This document shows, one piece after another, positions 20,861-30,730 of a stretch of DNA of 64,000 nucleotides. Made by a program: the position numbers and the translations under genes. The notes under the pieces were generated by a model. That model did not search any database and had not been told where the DNA came from. It saw only the letters and a program-made list of their open reading frames with translations. The stretch is from contig JANNSJ010000058.1 of assembly GCA_031402435.1 (NCBI GenBank), positions 65,588-129,587 on the forward strand. The letters are read 5' to 3'. Numbering within the stretch: the first letter of the stretch is position 1; every line of letters starts with the position of its first letter. Source of the stretch: Bacteroidota bacterium. GTDB lineage: Bacteria; Bacteroidota; Ignavibacteria; UBA10030; UBA6906.

Positions 20861-22264
20861 ATGATGCAACAGATCAAATTCGGCACAGATGGTTGGCGCG
20901 CAGTTATCGCGGATGATTACACGTTTGCCAATCTGGAAAAAGTTGCGCTGGCGACTGCGCGTTACTTCAAGAATCACAAGAAGATCAAGAACGGTATCGT
21001 CATCGGTTACGATGCGCGGTTTATGTCTCGTGAGTTTGCAGAGAAGTCCGCTGAAGTAATGGCGAATGCCGGCGTCAAGGTGAAACTCGCGAACAGCATC
21101 GTCTCTACACCGATGATTTCACTACTGACGAAGATGGAAAATGCGGCTGGCGGCATCGTGATTACAGCGAGCCACAATCCGCCGAAGTACAATGGCTTCA
21201 AGATTAAAGGGGATTTCGGTGGGCCTGCCCATCCGGAAATGATTGCAAAAGTGGAAAAGGAACTCGCCAAAGTAATGAAGATGAAGAAGCTTCCATCGGC
21301 AAAGCATACGTTTACACAACTCGTCGAGAAGGGGAAGATCACATACATCGGCATGAAGCAGCGGTATCTTGACGACCTTGCAACGAAGATCGACCTTGAC
21401 CTTATCCGCCGCTCTGACATGCGAATCCTCTATGATACAATGTACGGAGCCGGACAAGGTGTGCTCGATGTTGTGATGCCCGATGTAAAACAACTCCACG
21501 AGGTGTATAACCCATCGTTTGGCGGCACGAACCCCGAGCCTCTCGCACAGAATCTTCTCGAACTTTCCCGGAAGGTCAAATCCGGTGGTTACCACATCGG
21601 CATAGCAACTGATGGCGACGCTGATCGCATCGGTGCCGTTGATGAGAACGGCGACTTCGTAGACTCGCACCGCATTTTCTGTCTTCTCCTCAAGTATCTG
21701 GTTGAGCAGAAAGGGATGACCGGCGAAGTTGTGAAATCCTTCTCCGTGACACAGATGGTGGATAAAATATGTGCGAAGTATGGCCTCACAATGCATGAGA
21801 CGGCTATCGGCTTCAAGCATATCTGCAGAATGATGACCGAGCGCGATGTGCTTATCGGCGGCGAAGAAAGCGGAGGACTTGGCGTGAAAGGGCACATCCC
21901 TGAACGCGATGGCATCTTTCTCGGGTTGATATTGTGTGAGATGATGGCGGTACGAAAAATGTCGCTGAGCCTGCTCGTTGCTGAGCTCATGGCTGAATTT
22001 GGCCAGCACGAGTTCAAACGCATCGACCTGCATGTGACCGAAAAGGAAAAATCGGCCATCATAAAGAAATACAAGAAAGGCGTCAAAGAGATAGCTGGGT
22101 ATGTTGTCACCGGCAGAAAAGATACGGATGGAAATAAGTTCTTTGTCGATGGTGGCTGGGTTCTCGTTCGTGCCTCCGGCACCGAGCCGCTCATCAGGTT
22201 CTACGCGGAAGCGGAAAGCGTGGCAAAGGTTGATGCGTTGCTGGAATCTGCAACGAAACGCTGA
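20861..22264 (+). CDS. Alpha-D-phosphohexomutase family enzyme (phosphoglucomutase/phosphomannomutase)
   Basis: Active-site phosphoserine loop TASHNPPKYNGFK and metal-binding DGDADR motif. Start moved to ATG 20861, which is preceded by AAAGGAA. Confidence 0.8.
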   Translation: MMQQIKFGTDGWRAVIADDYTFANLEKVALATARYFKNHKKIKNGIVIGYDARFMSREFAEKSAEVMANAGVKVKLANSIVSTPMISLLTKMENAAGGIVITASHNPPKYNGFKIKGDFGGPAHPEMIAKVEKELAKVMKMKKLPSAKHTFTQLVEKGKITYIGMKQRYLDDLATKIDLDLIRRSDMRILYDTMYGAGQGVLDVVMPDVKQLHEVYNPSFGGTNPEPLAQNLLELSRKVKSGGYHIGIATDGDADRIGAVDENGDFVDSHRIFCLLLKYLVEQKGMTGEVVKSFSVTQMVDKICAKYGLTMHETAIGFKHICRMMTERDVLIGGEESGGLGVKGHIPERDGIFLGLILCEMMAVRKMSLSLLVAELMAEFGQHEFKRIDLHVTEKEKSAIIKKYKKGVKEIAGYVVTGRKDTDGNKFFVDGGWVLVRASGTEPLIRFYAEAESVAKVDALLESATKR

Positions 22265-23613
22265 TGAATCATCACTCCATAGAAGAAAGTAGTGCCATGC
22301 AGGCCGCATCGTTTTACAATGTAATGCCCGACGGCACGGTGAAACAGGTGAACCCGTTTACCGGCACCGAAGTGTGGGCGGTTCCCGGACGCAGAACCAG
22401 GCCGGTCACCAATGAGGCGTCGACCACAGCGAAGCCCATAGAGATCCATACGCCGGAAGACCATTGCAGTTTCTGCCCGCCGCGATATTTTGAAGTTCCC
22501 CCCGAAAAATCACGCCTCGTTCTCAGTAATGACCAATGGCAGAAGATTGATTTCCTCACGCCCGACAAGTATCACGACAGCACCGCAGAATTCCGTCGCG
22601 CCGGGAACATGTTTGAAATTGTCACGCTTGACTATTGGCGAAAGAACTATGCATACAAGATGATCGCCGGTCGCCAGAAGTGGAAGGAAGAATACCTGGC
22701 GAACCCTGCCGGTCTAAAGCACATCACCGACATCATCCACTACAAGATGCATCAGGAGGGTAAGTCGGACGAGCAGATCGGCAAAATCCCGATGACGGAG
22801 AAGCTCTCAATTGCTGATGCGTTCTTTGGTGGCGGACATGAATTGATTATTGCAAAGCGCCACTTCAAGGAAGACGCTCTGGTTGATTCAGATCTGTATT
22901 CATCCGGTGAGATGACCACGGAAGAGCACTTCCGGTATTTCAAATTCTCCATCGATGCTCTGTATGATGTCATCCAGACGAACAGGTACGTGCGGTATGT
23001 CAGTGTCTTCCAGAACTGGCTACGACCGGCAGGTGCATCGTTCGACCATCTCCACAAACAAATAGTAGCACTGGATGAATGGGGTGCATCGATCGAAAAC
23101 CAGGTTCGCATGTTGCGCCAGGATCCCAACGTGTTCAACCAGTATGGCGCAAACTTCGCTGCCCACCACAACCTCGTATTTGCCGAAAACGACTATGCTA
23201 TTGCGCTGGCCGGTATAGGACACCGCTCTCCGACCATCGAGATTTATTCGCGCTCGGTTGCGGGGAGACCGTATGAGCACTCAGATGACGAGATACGGGG
23301 GATAGGAAACCTTGTGCACGCAATGCATGCGGCGATGGGGAGCGGGATTTCCTGTAATGAGGAATGGTATTATACGCCGGTCGATGCGGTCTACAAGATG
23401 CCGTGGCATGTGTTAATCAAGTGGCGTATTAATGTTCCGGCAGGCTTTGAGGGCGGAACCAGCATCTACATCAACCCGATGACGCCAATTGAACTGCGCG
23501 ACAAACTCGTGCCGCGATTATACGCGCTCCGCGACGAAAACAAGATCGACCGCATCCGCATCGCTGAAGAATGTCGCGTTGATCCGAATCCTCTGAAGTA
23601 CTACCTCAAGTAA
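22264..23613 (+). CDS. GalT-like HIT-superfamily nucleotidyltransferase/phosphorylase (DUF4921/DUF4931-like)
   Basis: 449 aa. An N-terminal Cys-containing segment (HCSFCPP) and a histidine triad-like SFDHLHKQI (HxHxQ) resemble galactose-1-phosphate uridylyltransferase / ADP-glucose phosphorylase families. A 1-nt overlap with the upstream phosphohexomutase gives a TGATG junction. Confidence 0.5.
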   Translation: MNHHSIEESSAMQAASFYNVMPDGTVKQVNPFTGTEVWAVPGRRTRPVTNEASTTAKPIEIHTPEDHCSFCPPRYFEVPPEKSRLVLSNDQWQKIDFLTPDKYHDSTAEFRRAGNMFEIVTLDYWRKNYAYKMIAGRQKWKEEYLANPAGLKHITDIIHYKMHQEGKSDEQIGKIPMTEKLSIADAFFGGGHELIIAKRHFKEDALVDSDLYSSGEMTTEEHFRYFKFSIDALYDVIQTNRYVRYVSVFQNWLRPAGASFDHLHKQIVALDEWGASIENQVRMLRQDPNVFNQYGANFAAHHNLVFAENDYAIALAGIGHRSPTIEIYSRSVAGRPYEHSDDEIRGIGNLVHAMHAAMGSGISCNEEWYYTPVDAVYKMPWHVLIKWRINVPAGFEGGTSIYINPMTPIELRDKLVPRLYALRDENKIDRIRIAEECRVDPNPLKYYLK

Positions 23614-24829
23614 GAGAGGTCTCTGATACCCTCGTGGTTGCCGCGAGTTTTCCCAACGCCAGCGTAAGACCCAGCGTTATCCAGAACAGCAGTACAACTT
23701 CTTGATCGCCAAAGCTCCACTCCGTTACACCATTGACCTGAAATCCGACGAATACAGCAATGGCTCCCAGCGTGAACGATCCCGCCATCCAATCATCCTT
23801 TACTCTTTTGTAGACTCTCCATTCGGTTATCGCGATGCGGACAAACATCGCCAACACAGCTACAAAGCCGAGCGAACCAAGGGTCACGAGAATTTGCAGC
23901 AGCACGTTATGGAGGTGTCCCCACGGGATCTCCGATCCCGGTGGATTGTATTGCAAGAACAATTCGTGGAGATCAATATCCCCAACGCCGACGATGGGGT
24001 GATCGGCAAAGATGCGCAGTGCGGTTGTCCAGAGCAACAGGCGTGATGCGTTTTCCGGGTGTTGCATATCAACAATGCTCTTGAGTCTTTCCTGTACATA
24101 CGGCGGTGCAAATATGGCAAGAAGGATGACCAGGATGAGGAACGGAATGAGAAGTTTCTTGTTCCGCACAAACGCGATGAAGAGCAATCCCACGGCAACT
24201 GCAAGATACGCCCCGCGTGTTACTGTGGCGTATAGCGAAATCATAATGGGGAGAAGACCGAGAAGAGCAGCCCAGCGCACGTTGCCCGGTGTTTTTGGGT
24301 GGATGATGAACGGAACTATGAGCAGAGCGGCCATCATCATCAATTCAGATGTTGTCATGTAAAACTGGAAGATACCGAGGCGCTTCGTTGTTTCGGGATC
24401 GGCGAAGATGAGTTTGCATACCCCGATCATTGCCACAATAATCGCTGACACGAGCAGCACAGCAATGTACCACTTCGCCCGTTTCCCGGAAGTTGCCGTT
24501 GAAGCAAAGAAATACACAACTGCAATAAGCAACACACGCTTGGAGAAGAGCATGGATTGTTCCGGTCGGACGGAGAAGAGAGTTGAGAGCAACTCTGCTC
24601 CAACATACGCCAGGAAGAACCAATCAAGAGGCGTGGAGGCAATAAGATTTTTCCGCTGCACTAGCATCGCGCCGATCCATGCGAGTCCCATCAATCCGAG
24701 GGCGATGGAATTCACGGCAATGGAAAAGAAGATGGAGGAGAGAAACAGTGTAGCCGCACCAACAAGCGAGTATGCCAGCCATTCCGTGTAATCGGCGTAT
24801 GTTTTGCCGCCTGTTTTCACTCTTGTCAT
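23606..24829 (-). CDS. O-antigen ligase (Wzy_C) family membrane protein
   Basis: About 11 TM segments and a large periplasmic loop with HNVLLQILVTLG, the conserved H-N-x-x-LQ pattern of WaaL/O-antigen ligases. Confidence 0.7.
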   Translation of the reverse strand: MTRVKTGGKTYADYTEWLAYSLVGAATLFLSSIFFSIAVNSIALGLMGLAWIGAMLVQRKNLIASTPLDWFFLAYVGAELLSTLFSVRPEQSMLFSKRVLLIAVVYFFASTATSGKRAKWYIAVLLVSAIIVAMIGVCKLIFADPETTKRLGIFQFYMTTSELMMMAALLIVPFIIHPKTPGNVRWAALLGLLPIMISLYATVTRGAYLAVAVGLLFIAFVRNKKLLIPFLILVILLAIFAPPYVQERLKSIVDMQHPENASRLLLWTTALRIFADHPIVGVGDIDLHELFLQYNPPGSEIPWGHLHNVLLQILVTLGSLGFVAVLAMFVRIAITEWRVYKRVKDDWMAGSFTLGAIAVFVGFQVNGVTEWSFGDQEVVLLFWITLGLTLALGKLAATTRVSETSLT

Positions 24830-24913
24830 AGTGAGCGGTCAGGAAGACAAACCATGCGGAGAGAGCGCTTGTTCGATGTCGTTGTGTTCATATCCTGTGA
24901 ACATACCGAAGCA

Positions 24914-27181
24914 TTAGCTTTCAGGTAGTCTCTCTCTATAAGTTTTTAGGATGTCGGGGGTGACTTCTTCGGCTGACACAAGGCTGTAATGCTTTTCTGA
25001 AACCACCCGTACCCCGTCCACTGTGTTCTCAAACTCGAAAATGGCAATCTGGTTGTTCGACATGAATTGGGTGCCAATTGCTCGACAAATGAGAGAGGGA
25101 AACTTCGCCGCACACATAGCGAAGTCCTGCTCAATCTGCACAACACTGATCTTGTCTTTTCCACCCTTTGCCTGGACAGGCAAAACATAATGGACACCTT
25201 TCTTGTCAATCCCAACATACACTTCGTCAGTTTCAACTTGCCCAATCTTGGGTGCGGTGGTCCTGAGGTGGTTCTGAAGAGAATAACATGTTATACCGGT
25301 GAAAACATCCACGAGTCTGTTATAGCGGAGCTTTGCCAGGAGAGCCTGTTCATCGTCGAGAGTGTAGAGAGAGATAAGTCCGGGTGTCGAGTCTGGAATC
25401 TTGGTGTCCGCAAGCATCTGGCTAGGAACTATGTCCTTTTCGCCAATGAGAGCAAAGCAGTATTTTGAACGCCCGGCAGGTCGAATAATCCACTGCTTTC
25501 CTGCTGGTGCTTTACATGTTATGGTTTCGGGGAGAGATGAACGGTAACGGAAGCTGTAGATGATATCACCCAGGTTCTTTGGTAGAACGATAGACAGCTT
25601 CTTCGCGACCCGCTCTATTTCGTTACGAGCAAATGGGATCTCGGTCATTCCCTTCTTAAAGTGGCCAAGAAAGATTTGCTCAATAATTTGAGTGTATCTG
25701 TTTTGAGTTGTCTTCATCTGTCCTTCCTTTTCTCCTGTCTGATATTGCGATAAGGGTTCGGTGACCCTGCCGCTTTTGCCTGGCCATCGCAAAACTAGAA
25801 CTTCCTCTCTCAGTTGCTCTTTGGTTGCGGTCGCGATGCGAGTTCGAAACAGATCGAGACTCACAACCTCGTACCCAAGGGATGCGGCGATGTCTGCAAG
25901 AAGTTGACCCGTACGGATCATAACGCGCAAATAAGAAGCTTGATCTCCGACTACGTATGCTAGGTATGCACCCGGCCGAAGAGCATTCCTCAATTCAGCG
26001 AAGTGCCTTGTCATACCTCCAAAGTAAAGTCTGGTGACACGGTGGTACAATCGCTCGAACCCACTTGTCTTACCAAGCTGAATACGTCGTCTTTCGATTT
26101 CTCTCGCAAGCCCCTCGACTTTACTATTTGAGGCAACCCACTGATCGTCGTTATCAACCGAGTACACATTTCTTGTGTTGGATCGAAGAAGATGCTGTTT
26201 GAGGTCTTTTAGGTCCTGCTTATTCTTGATCAGTCCCAGAATGACAGATTCAAGACGAGTAGTACGAGTATAATCTTTTTCATTTGGATATGGCGGTGAG
26301 GTGATAACGGCACTCACGGATTGTGGTTTGAGAATCTGATGCAGTTCGCGGGAGTCAGCTTTGTGAATAGAGGTTGGTGTGGCAGCGAATTCTCGGAGTG
26401 AGGTCAGATCCTTTGAGATTGACCTTACTCCTGACAACCATGTTCTGATCACAGGAGCGTCATACTTTATCTTTCCGATTCCCACCTCTGGTCCAAAGTG
26501 AAGGTTTCCAATCGATGACACAAGAGCCTTGCCCAAAGCGAGTACCTCGTGTTCATAGAAACGATTGTCACGGAAATCTTGAATGGTATCAAGGAGAACC
26601 AGAACCTTGTGCAGAGGAAGCGGGCTAATAGAATCTTTTAGAAGGATAGCTTGGCCCTGCTCCGGGAGTGCCCGATACGAAATGCTGGGAAATGCCGGCT
26701 TGCCGGTAAAGTCATTAACGAGTTGCAGATCATCGTCCGTGATGCCTTCTTCGCGAAGCCGACGCCTCGCGTCTACAGCAACCTCTTCGGCGTGATCTCT
26801 TAATCCCTCAGGATCTATATCCCAGATTGTTTTTGTCTTGCTTGCAAAGTAACATATTGGATTTGCCTCAATACCGATGCTGGGGATGCCAAGCTTTTTG
26901 CATTCAACGTTTGTTGTTCCCGTTCCGCAGAATGGATCAAGCGTCCAATCAGATCCTTCAAGTCCAAAACGGGTGACATATTCACGAACAAGATGAGGTG
27001 GAAATGAAAGAACAAAACGATACCAGTCATGAGCTGCACCGTCCATCGGTGTAACTTTGTTTAACTGCGAGTTGTTGATTGTCGGGAAAGAGAGCACGGG
27101 AGTTGAGGGATGAGGATCACACTTCAATTGTACGAATCTAACGAGAGGACTCGTCACAAGCAAGCGCCTTTCACCAAACAT
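24914..27181 (-). CDS. Fused DNA methyltransferase (N6-adenine/N4-cytosine, alpha-like motif order) plus C-terminal PD-(D/E)xK-like nuclease domain; putative single-chain restriction-modification enzyme
   Basis: Motif X-like HDWYRFVLSFPPHLVREYV, motif I DPFCGTGTT, motif IV SPPY about 215 aa later, then a post-IV LRPGAYLAYVVGD. The C-terminal approx 285 aa contains TDEVYVGIDKKG...VQAKGG, which resembles the DEVYLIDIKTAKPNAGG core of the standalone ORF at 50344..51126. An alternative start is at 27046 (MDGAAHDWYRF). Confidence 0.6.
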   Translation of the reverse strand: MFGERRLLVTSPLVRFVQLKCDPHPSTPVLSFPTINNSQLNKVTPMDGAAHDWYRFVLSFPPHLVREYVTRFGLEGSDWTLDPFCGTGTTNVECKKLGIPSIGIEANPICYFASKTKTIWDIDPEGLRDHAEEVAVDARRRLREEGITDDDLQLVNDFTGKPAFPSISYRALPEQGQAILLKDSISPLPLHKVLVLLDTIQDFRDNRFYEHEVLALGKALVSSIGNLHFGPEVGIGKIKYDAPVIRTWLSGVRSISKDLTSLREFAATPTSIHKADSRELHQILKPQSVSAVITSPPYPNEKDYTRTTRLESVILGLIKNKQDLKDLKQHLLRSNTRNVYSVDNDDQWVASNSKVEGLAREIERRRIQLGKTSGFERLYHRVTRLYFGGMTRHFAELRNALRPGAYLAYVVGDQASYLRVMIRTGQLLADIAASLGYEVVSLDLFRTRIATATKEQLREEVLVLRWPGKSGRVTEPLSQYQTGEKEGQMKTTQNRYTQIIEQIFLGHFKKGMTEIPFARNEIERVAKKLSIVLPKNLGDIIYSFRYRSSLPETITCKAPAGKQWIIRPAGRSKYCFALIGEKDIVPSQMLADTKIPDSTPGLISLYTLDDEQALLAKLRYNRLVDVFTGITCYSLQNHLRTTAPKIGQVETDEVYVGIDKKGVHYVLPVQAKGGKDKISVVQIEQDFAMCAAKFPSLICRAIGTQFMSNNQIAIFEFENTVDGVRVVSEKHYSLVSAEEVTPDILKTYRERLPES

Positions 27182-27204
27182 ATGCTTTTCGTATATTGTA
27201 GTCT

Positions 27205-29190
27205 ATGATTTCAGCCGTGAACGTATCGCTCTCATTTGGCGGACGAGGTCTCTTCGAAGAGATCTCCTTCCGTATTGGTCCACACGACCGTATCGGACTT
27301 GTTGGCTCGAACGGTACGGGCAAAACCACACTTCTTCGCATCCTTATCGGAGAAACTGTTCCCGATAAGGGCGAGATCGCAAAAGCCAAGTACGTCACCG
27401 TTGGCTACCTGCCACAGGAAGGAATGCACGTTGAAGGCCGGACGCTCTACAAAGAAGTAGAAACGGCGTTTGGCGATGTGCTGGAAGCGCAAGCACGGCT
27501 CGAAGAAGTTCACGAACGCATGGGGATTGTATCTCATGAGGACGAGGAATTTGCGGAGTTACTGGAACTCTACGGCGAGCTGCAACACAAAGTTGAAGAC
27601 AGCGACGCGTTCCGCATGAAGGCGAAGATTGAAAAAGTGCTGCTCGGCCTCGGTTTTTCTTCTGACGATACAGACCGCCAAACATCCGAGTTCAGTGGTG
27701 GCTGGCAGATGCGTATTGCCCTTGCAAAACTGTTGCTCATCCAACCATCGCTCTTGCTTCTCGATGAACCGACGAATCACCTTGATCTCGATTCATTGCA
27801 GTGGCTCGAAGAGTATTTGCAGTCCTACGAAGGCGCCGTCATCGTTGTCTCCCACGACCGCCGCTTCCTTGACAACATGACGACGAAAACGTATGAGTTG
27901 AGCCTCGGCAAACTCACCGAGTACAGTGGCAACTATAGTTATTTTGTGGTGCAGAAGGAGGAGCGAAAGCAACTCACGCTTTCGGCATTCCGCAATCAGC
28001 AACAGCAGATCAAGCAGACGGAGCAATTCATCGAACGGTTCCGTTACAAGGCAACGAAGGCGAGGCAGGTGCAGAGTCGTATCAAGCAGCTTGAGAAGTT
28101 GGATCTTGTAGAGATCGAAGACGAAGAGAGCGGAATACGGTTCAATTTCCCTCCTGCCCCCGCCGGTGGACGTGTTGCGATGGAGCTGAAGGGAATCCGC
28201 AAAAGCTACGGTGACAAGAGAATCTTCAACGGCATTGATTTCGACATCGACCGTGGCGACCGTATCGCCTTTGTTGGCGTGAACGGCGCCGGGAAGTCAA
28301 CACTCTCGAAGATCATTGCCGGCGTGGAGCCGTTTGAAGGCGGTGAACGCAAAGTCGGGTATAATGTGATCGTGTCGTATTTCGCCCAGCACCAGGCTGA
28401 TGAACTTAACCCGAAGAACGATGTGTTGGGAACGGTGGATGAGGTCGCTACGGGAGAGATCAGGAAGTCGCTCAGGAATTTACTCGGCTGCTTTCTTTTC
28501 AGTGGCGATGATGTGTTCAAGAAGGTCGGCGTGCTTTCCGGCGGCGAGAAGAGTCGACTTGCACTTGCCAAAATGCTTCTACAGCCATGCAACCTCATCA
28601 TCATGGATGAGCCGACGAACCATCTGGACATGCGCTCGAAGGCGGTGATGCAGCAAGCGTTGATGAGATTTGAAGGGAGCTACGTTATCGTGTCTCACGA
28701 CCGTGACTTCCTCGACCCGATTGTTAACAAGGTTGTGGAGTTCAGCAAGGGCCGCATCAGGGCGTATCCCGGCAATGTGAGTGATTACATTTACGCGAAA
28801 CAAAAGGAACAGAACACCGCGCAGGCAGCAACAGTTTCTGTTCAGCAGCAGAGAAGGAAGGACGAGCCAAAACTTTCCGACAAGGAAAGAAAGCGCGTTG
28901 AAGCCGAAGAACGACAGAAGCGTTCCCATTTGACAAAACCCCTTCAACAGAAGATGTACAAGTTCGAAAAGGAAATCGAAGCAAAGGAAAAGCAAAAGGC
29001 CGAATTCGGGGAACTGATGGGTCATGTTGACTTCTACAAAGATGGCGAGAAGGTGAAGCGGGTGACCACGCAATACAAAGCGTTGGAAGCCGAACTGGCT
29101 GATATCTATTTCAAATGGGGAGAAGTGACGAAGGAGTTGGAGAAGCTCAACGGAGAGTTTGATAAGAAATCCGGGATGGCCAGAGACTGA
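27205..29190 (+). CDS. ABC-F family ATPase (tandem ABC domains, no TMD; translation-factor type, Uup/YheS/EttA-like)
   Basis: Two Walker A motifs (GSNGTGKTT and GVNGAGKST), two signature motifs (LSGGWQMR and LSGGEKSRL), and a long coiled-coil C-terminal extension. Confidence 0.85.
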   Translation: MISAVNVSLSFGGRGLFEEISFRIGPHDRIGLVGSNGTGKTTLLRILIGETVPDKGEIAKAKYVTVGYLPQEGMHVEGRTLYKEVETAFGDVLEAQARLEEVHERMGIVSHEDEEFAELLELYGELQHKVEDSDAFRMKAKIEKVLLGLGFSSDDTDRQTSEFSGGWQMRIALAKLLLIQPSLLLLDEPTNHLDLDSLQWLEEYLQSYEGAVIVVSHDRRFLDNMTTKTYELSLGKLTEYSGNYSYFVVQKEERKQLTLSAFRNQQQQIKQTEQFIERFRYKATKARQVQSRIKQLEKLDLVEIEDEESGIRFNFPPAPAGGRVAMELKGIRKSYGDKRIFNGIDFDIDRGDRIAFVGVNGAGKSTLSKIIAGVEPFEGGERKVGYNVIVSYFAQHQADELNPKNDVLGTVDEVATGEIRKSLRNLLGCFLFSGDDVFKKVGVLSGGEKSRLALAKMLLQPCNLIIMDEPTNHLDMRSKAVMQQALMRFEGSYVIVSHDRDFLDPIVNKVVEFSKGRIRAYPGNVSDYIYAKQKEQNTAQAATVSVQQQRRKDEPKLSDKERKRVEAEERQKRSHLTKPLQQKMYKFEKEIEAKEKQKAEFGELMGHVDFYKDGEKVKRVTTQYKALEAELADIYFKWGEVTKELEKLNGEFDKKSGMARD

Positions 29191-30624
29191 ATGAAATACG
29201 GCGACGAGATAGAACTTACCATAGAAAGCGTCGCCTTTGAAGGAAAAAGCGTTGCCCGTGTTGACGGGTTGGTGGTATTCGTTGCGGGTGGCGTGCCGGG
29301 CGATCGCGTCCTTGCAAGAGTCACCAAGTCCAAGAAAAAATTTGTTGAAGCGGAGGCAGTGGAAATTCTTTCCCCCTCGTCTCTTCGAGTCACGCCGCGT
29401 TGCGCATACTTCGGCACGTGCGGTGGTTGCAAATGGCAGCATGTAAACTACCAGGCCCAACTGGACTTCAAGCGCCAACACGTGGTTGATGCCCTTGAGC
29501 GTATCGGCGGATTCAAGGGCATCAACGTCAATCCCACTCTTGGTTCACCGGATGAATACTTCTATCGGAACAAGATGGAGTTCTCGTTTGGTGATAAATG
29601 GCTTACGAGAGAGGAGATGGAAAGGGAGAAACTGGAGACCGGAGACCGGAAGCCGGAGGATCGGTTTGCTCTTGGACTTCACATTCCTGCACGGTTTGAT
29701 AAGGTGCTCGACATTGATGAGTGCTTTCTGCAATCTGAGACAAGCTACAGGATCGTCAACACAGTACGCTCATTCTGTCTCGACCATGGTCTGACAATCT
29801 ACTCCACGTTCACTCACACCGGCTATCTGCGGAATCTTGTTATTCGTGAAAGCAAACGTACCGGCGGACTGATGGTCAACCTGGTAACGTCCCAGGATAG
29901 TCCGGAGATCATGGAATCACTTTGCGCTCTTCTCCTTTCACAATTTCCAGTCATCACAACGATCATCAACAATGTCACTGAACGAAAATCGCAGGTTGCC
30001 ATCGGCGATTACGAGAAGGTGTACCACGGCCCGGGATTTATCACCGAGCAGATCGGCAAGCGAATGTATCGTATCTCGGCAAACTCATTCTTCCAAACGA
30101 ATACCCTTCAAGCCGAGAGGTTGTATGATGCTGCGGCCGCTCTTGCCAGACTCGAACCGGAGGACATTGTCTTTGATCTGTACTCCGGCACAGGGACAAT
30201 TGCTCTCCATATCGCCGACGACGTGAAAGCGGTTGTAGGGATTGAAGTTGTCGAATCCGCAATTGCCGATGCGAACAAGAATGCGGCCATGAACGGGGTT
30301 GGCAACTGCACGTTCATTCAGGGAGACCTCAAAGACAAACTCACCAAGGATACTTCGTGGCTTGCCAGCCAGGAACAGCCGACCGCAATGATTATCGACC
30401 CTCCACGCAGCGGAATGCATGAAAAGGTTGTCCACGAAGTCACTTCGCTTCAACCGGAACGTATCGTTTATGTAAGTTGTAACCCGGCCACCCAGGCAAG
30501 AGACCTGAAGCTCTTGTGTTCTTCTGCTCCTTACCGGATAGACTCGATCCAACCTGTGGATATGTTTCCACATACGTACCATATCGAGAATATCGTTGCG
30601 TTGTCCATAGTCGCGCAGCAATAA
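29191..30624 (+). CDS. rlmD: 23S rRNA (uracil-5-)-methyltransferase RlmD/RumA family (TRAM + 4Fe-4S + SAM MTase)
   Basis: N-terminal TRAM domain, Cys cluster CAYFGTCGGCKWQH, SAM-binding DLYSGTGTI, and the catalytic Cys region near the C-terminus (VYVSCNP). Confidence 0.8.
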   Translation: MKYGDEIELTIESVAFEGKSVARVDGLVVFVAGGVPGDRVLARVTKSKKKFVEAEAVEILSPSSLRVTPRCAYFGTCGGCKWQHVNYQAQLDFKRQHVVDALERIGGFKGINVNPTLGSPDEYFYRNKMEFSFGDKWLTREEMEREKLETGDRKPEDRFALGLHIPARFDKVLDIDECFLQSETSYRIVNTVRSFCLDHGLTIYSTFTHTGYLRNLVIRESKRTGGLMVNLVTSQDSPEIMESLCALLLSQFPVITTIINNVTERKSQVAIGDYEKVYHGPGFITEQIGKRMYRISANSFFQTNTLQAERLYDAAAALARLEPEDIVFDLYSGTGTIALHIADDVKAVVGIEVVESAIADANKNAAMNGVGNCTFIQGDLKDKLTKDTSWLASQEQPTAMIIDPPRSGMHEKVVHEVTSLQPERIVYVSCNPATQARDLKLLCSSAPYRIDSIQPVDMFPHTYHIENIVALSIVAQQ

Positions 30625-30730
30625 TCTCATCTATCTTCTCTGTCGTGTCACATTGTTATTGATTGTTTGACAGACACGAACTATCTTTTAATCGGTCAAG
30701 GATATTCAAATTCACACACACTGGTCAGAC

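Noticed and set aside
21122-22309. 395-aa ORF on the minus strand, antisense to the phosphohexomutase gene
   Set aside because: It lies entirely inside a strongly conserved plus-strand gene. The translation is low-complexity and Arg/His-rich with no recognisable motif. Long antisense ORFs like this are expected in GC-rich coding DNA.
28579-29481. 300-aa minus-strand ORF spanning the ABC-F/rlmD junction
   Set aside because: It is antisense to two well-supported plus-strand genes, with no signal, TM or catalytic motif.
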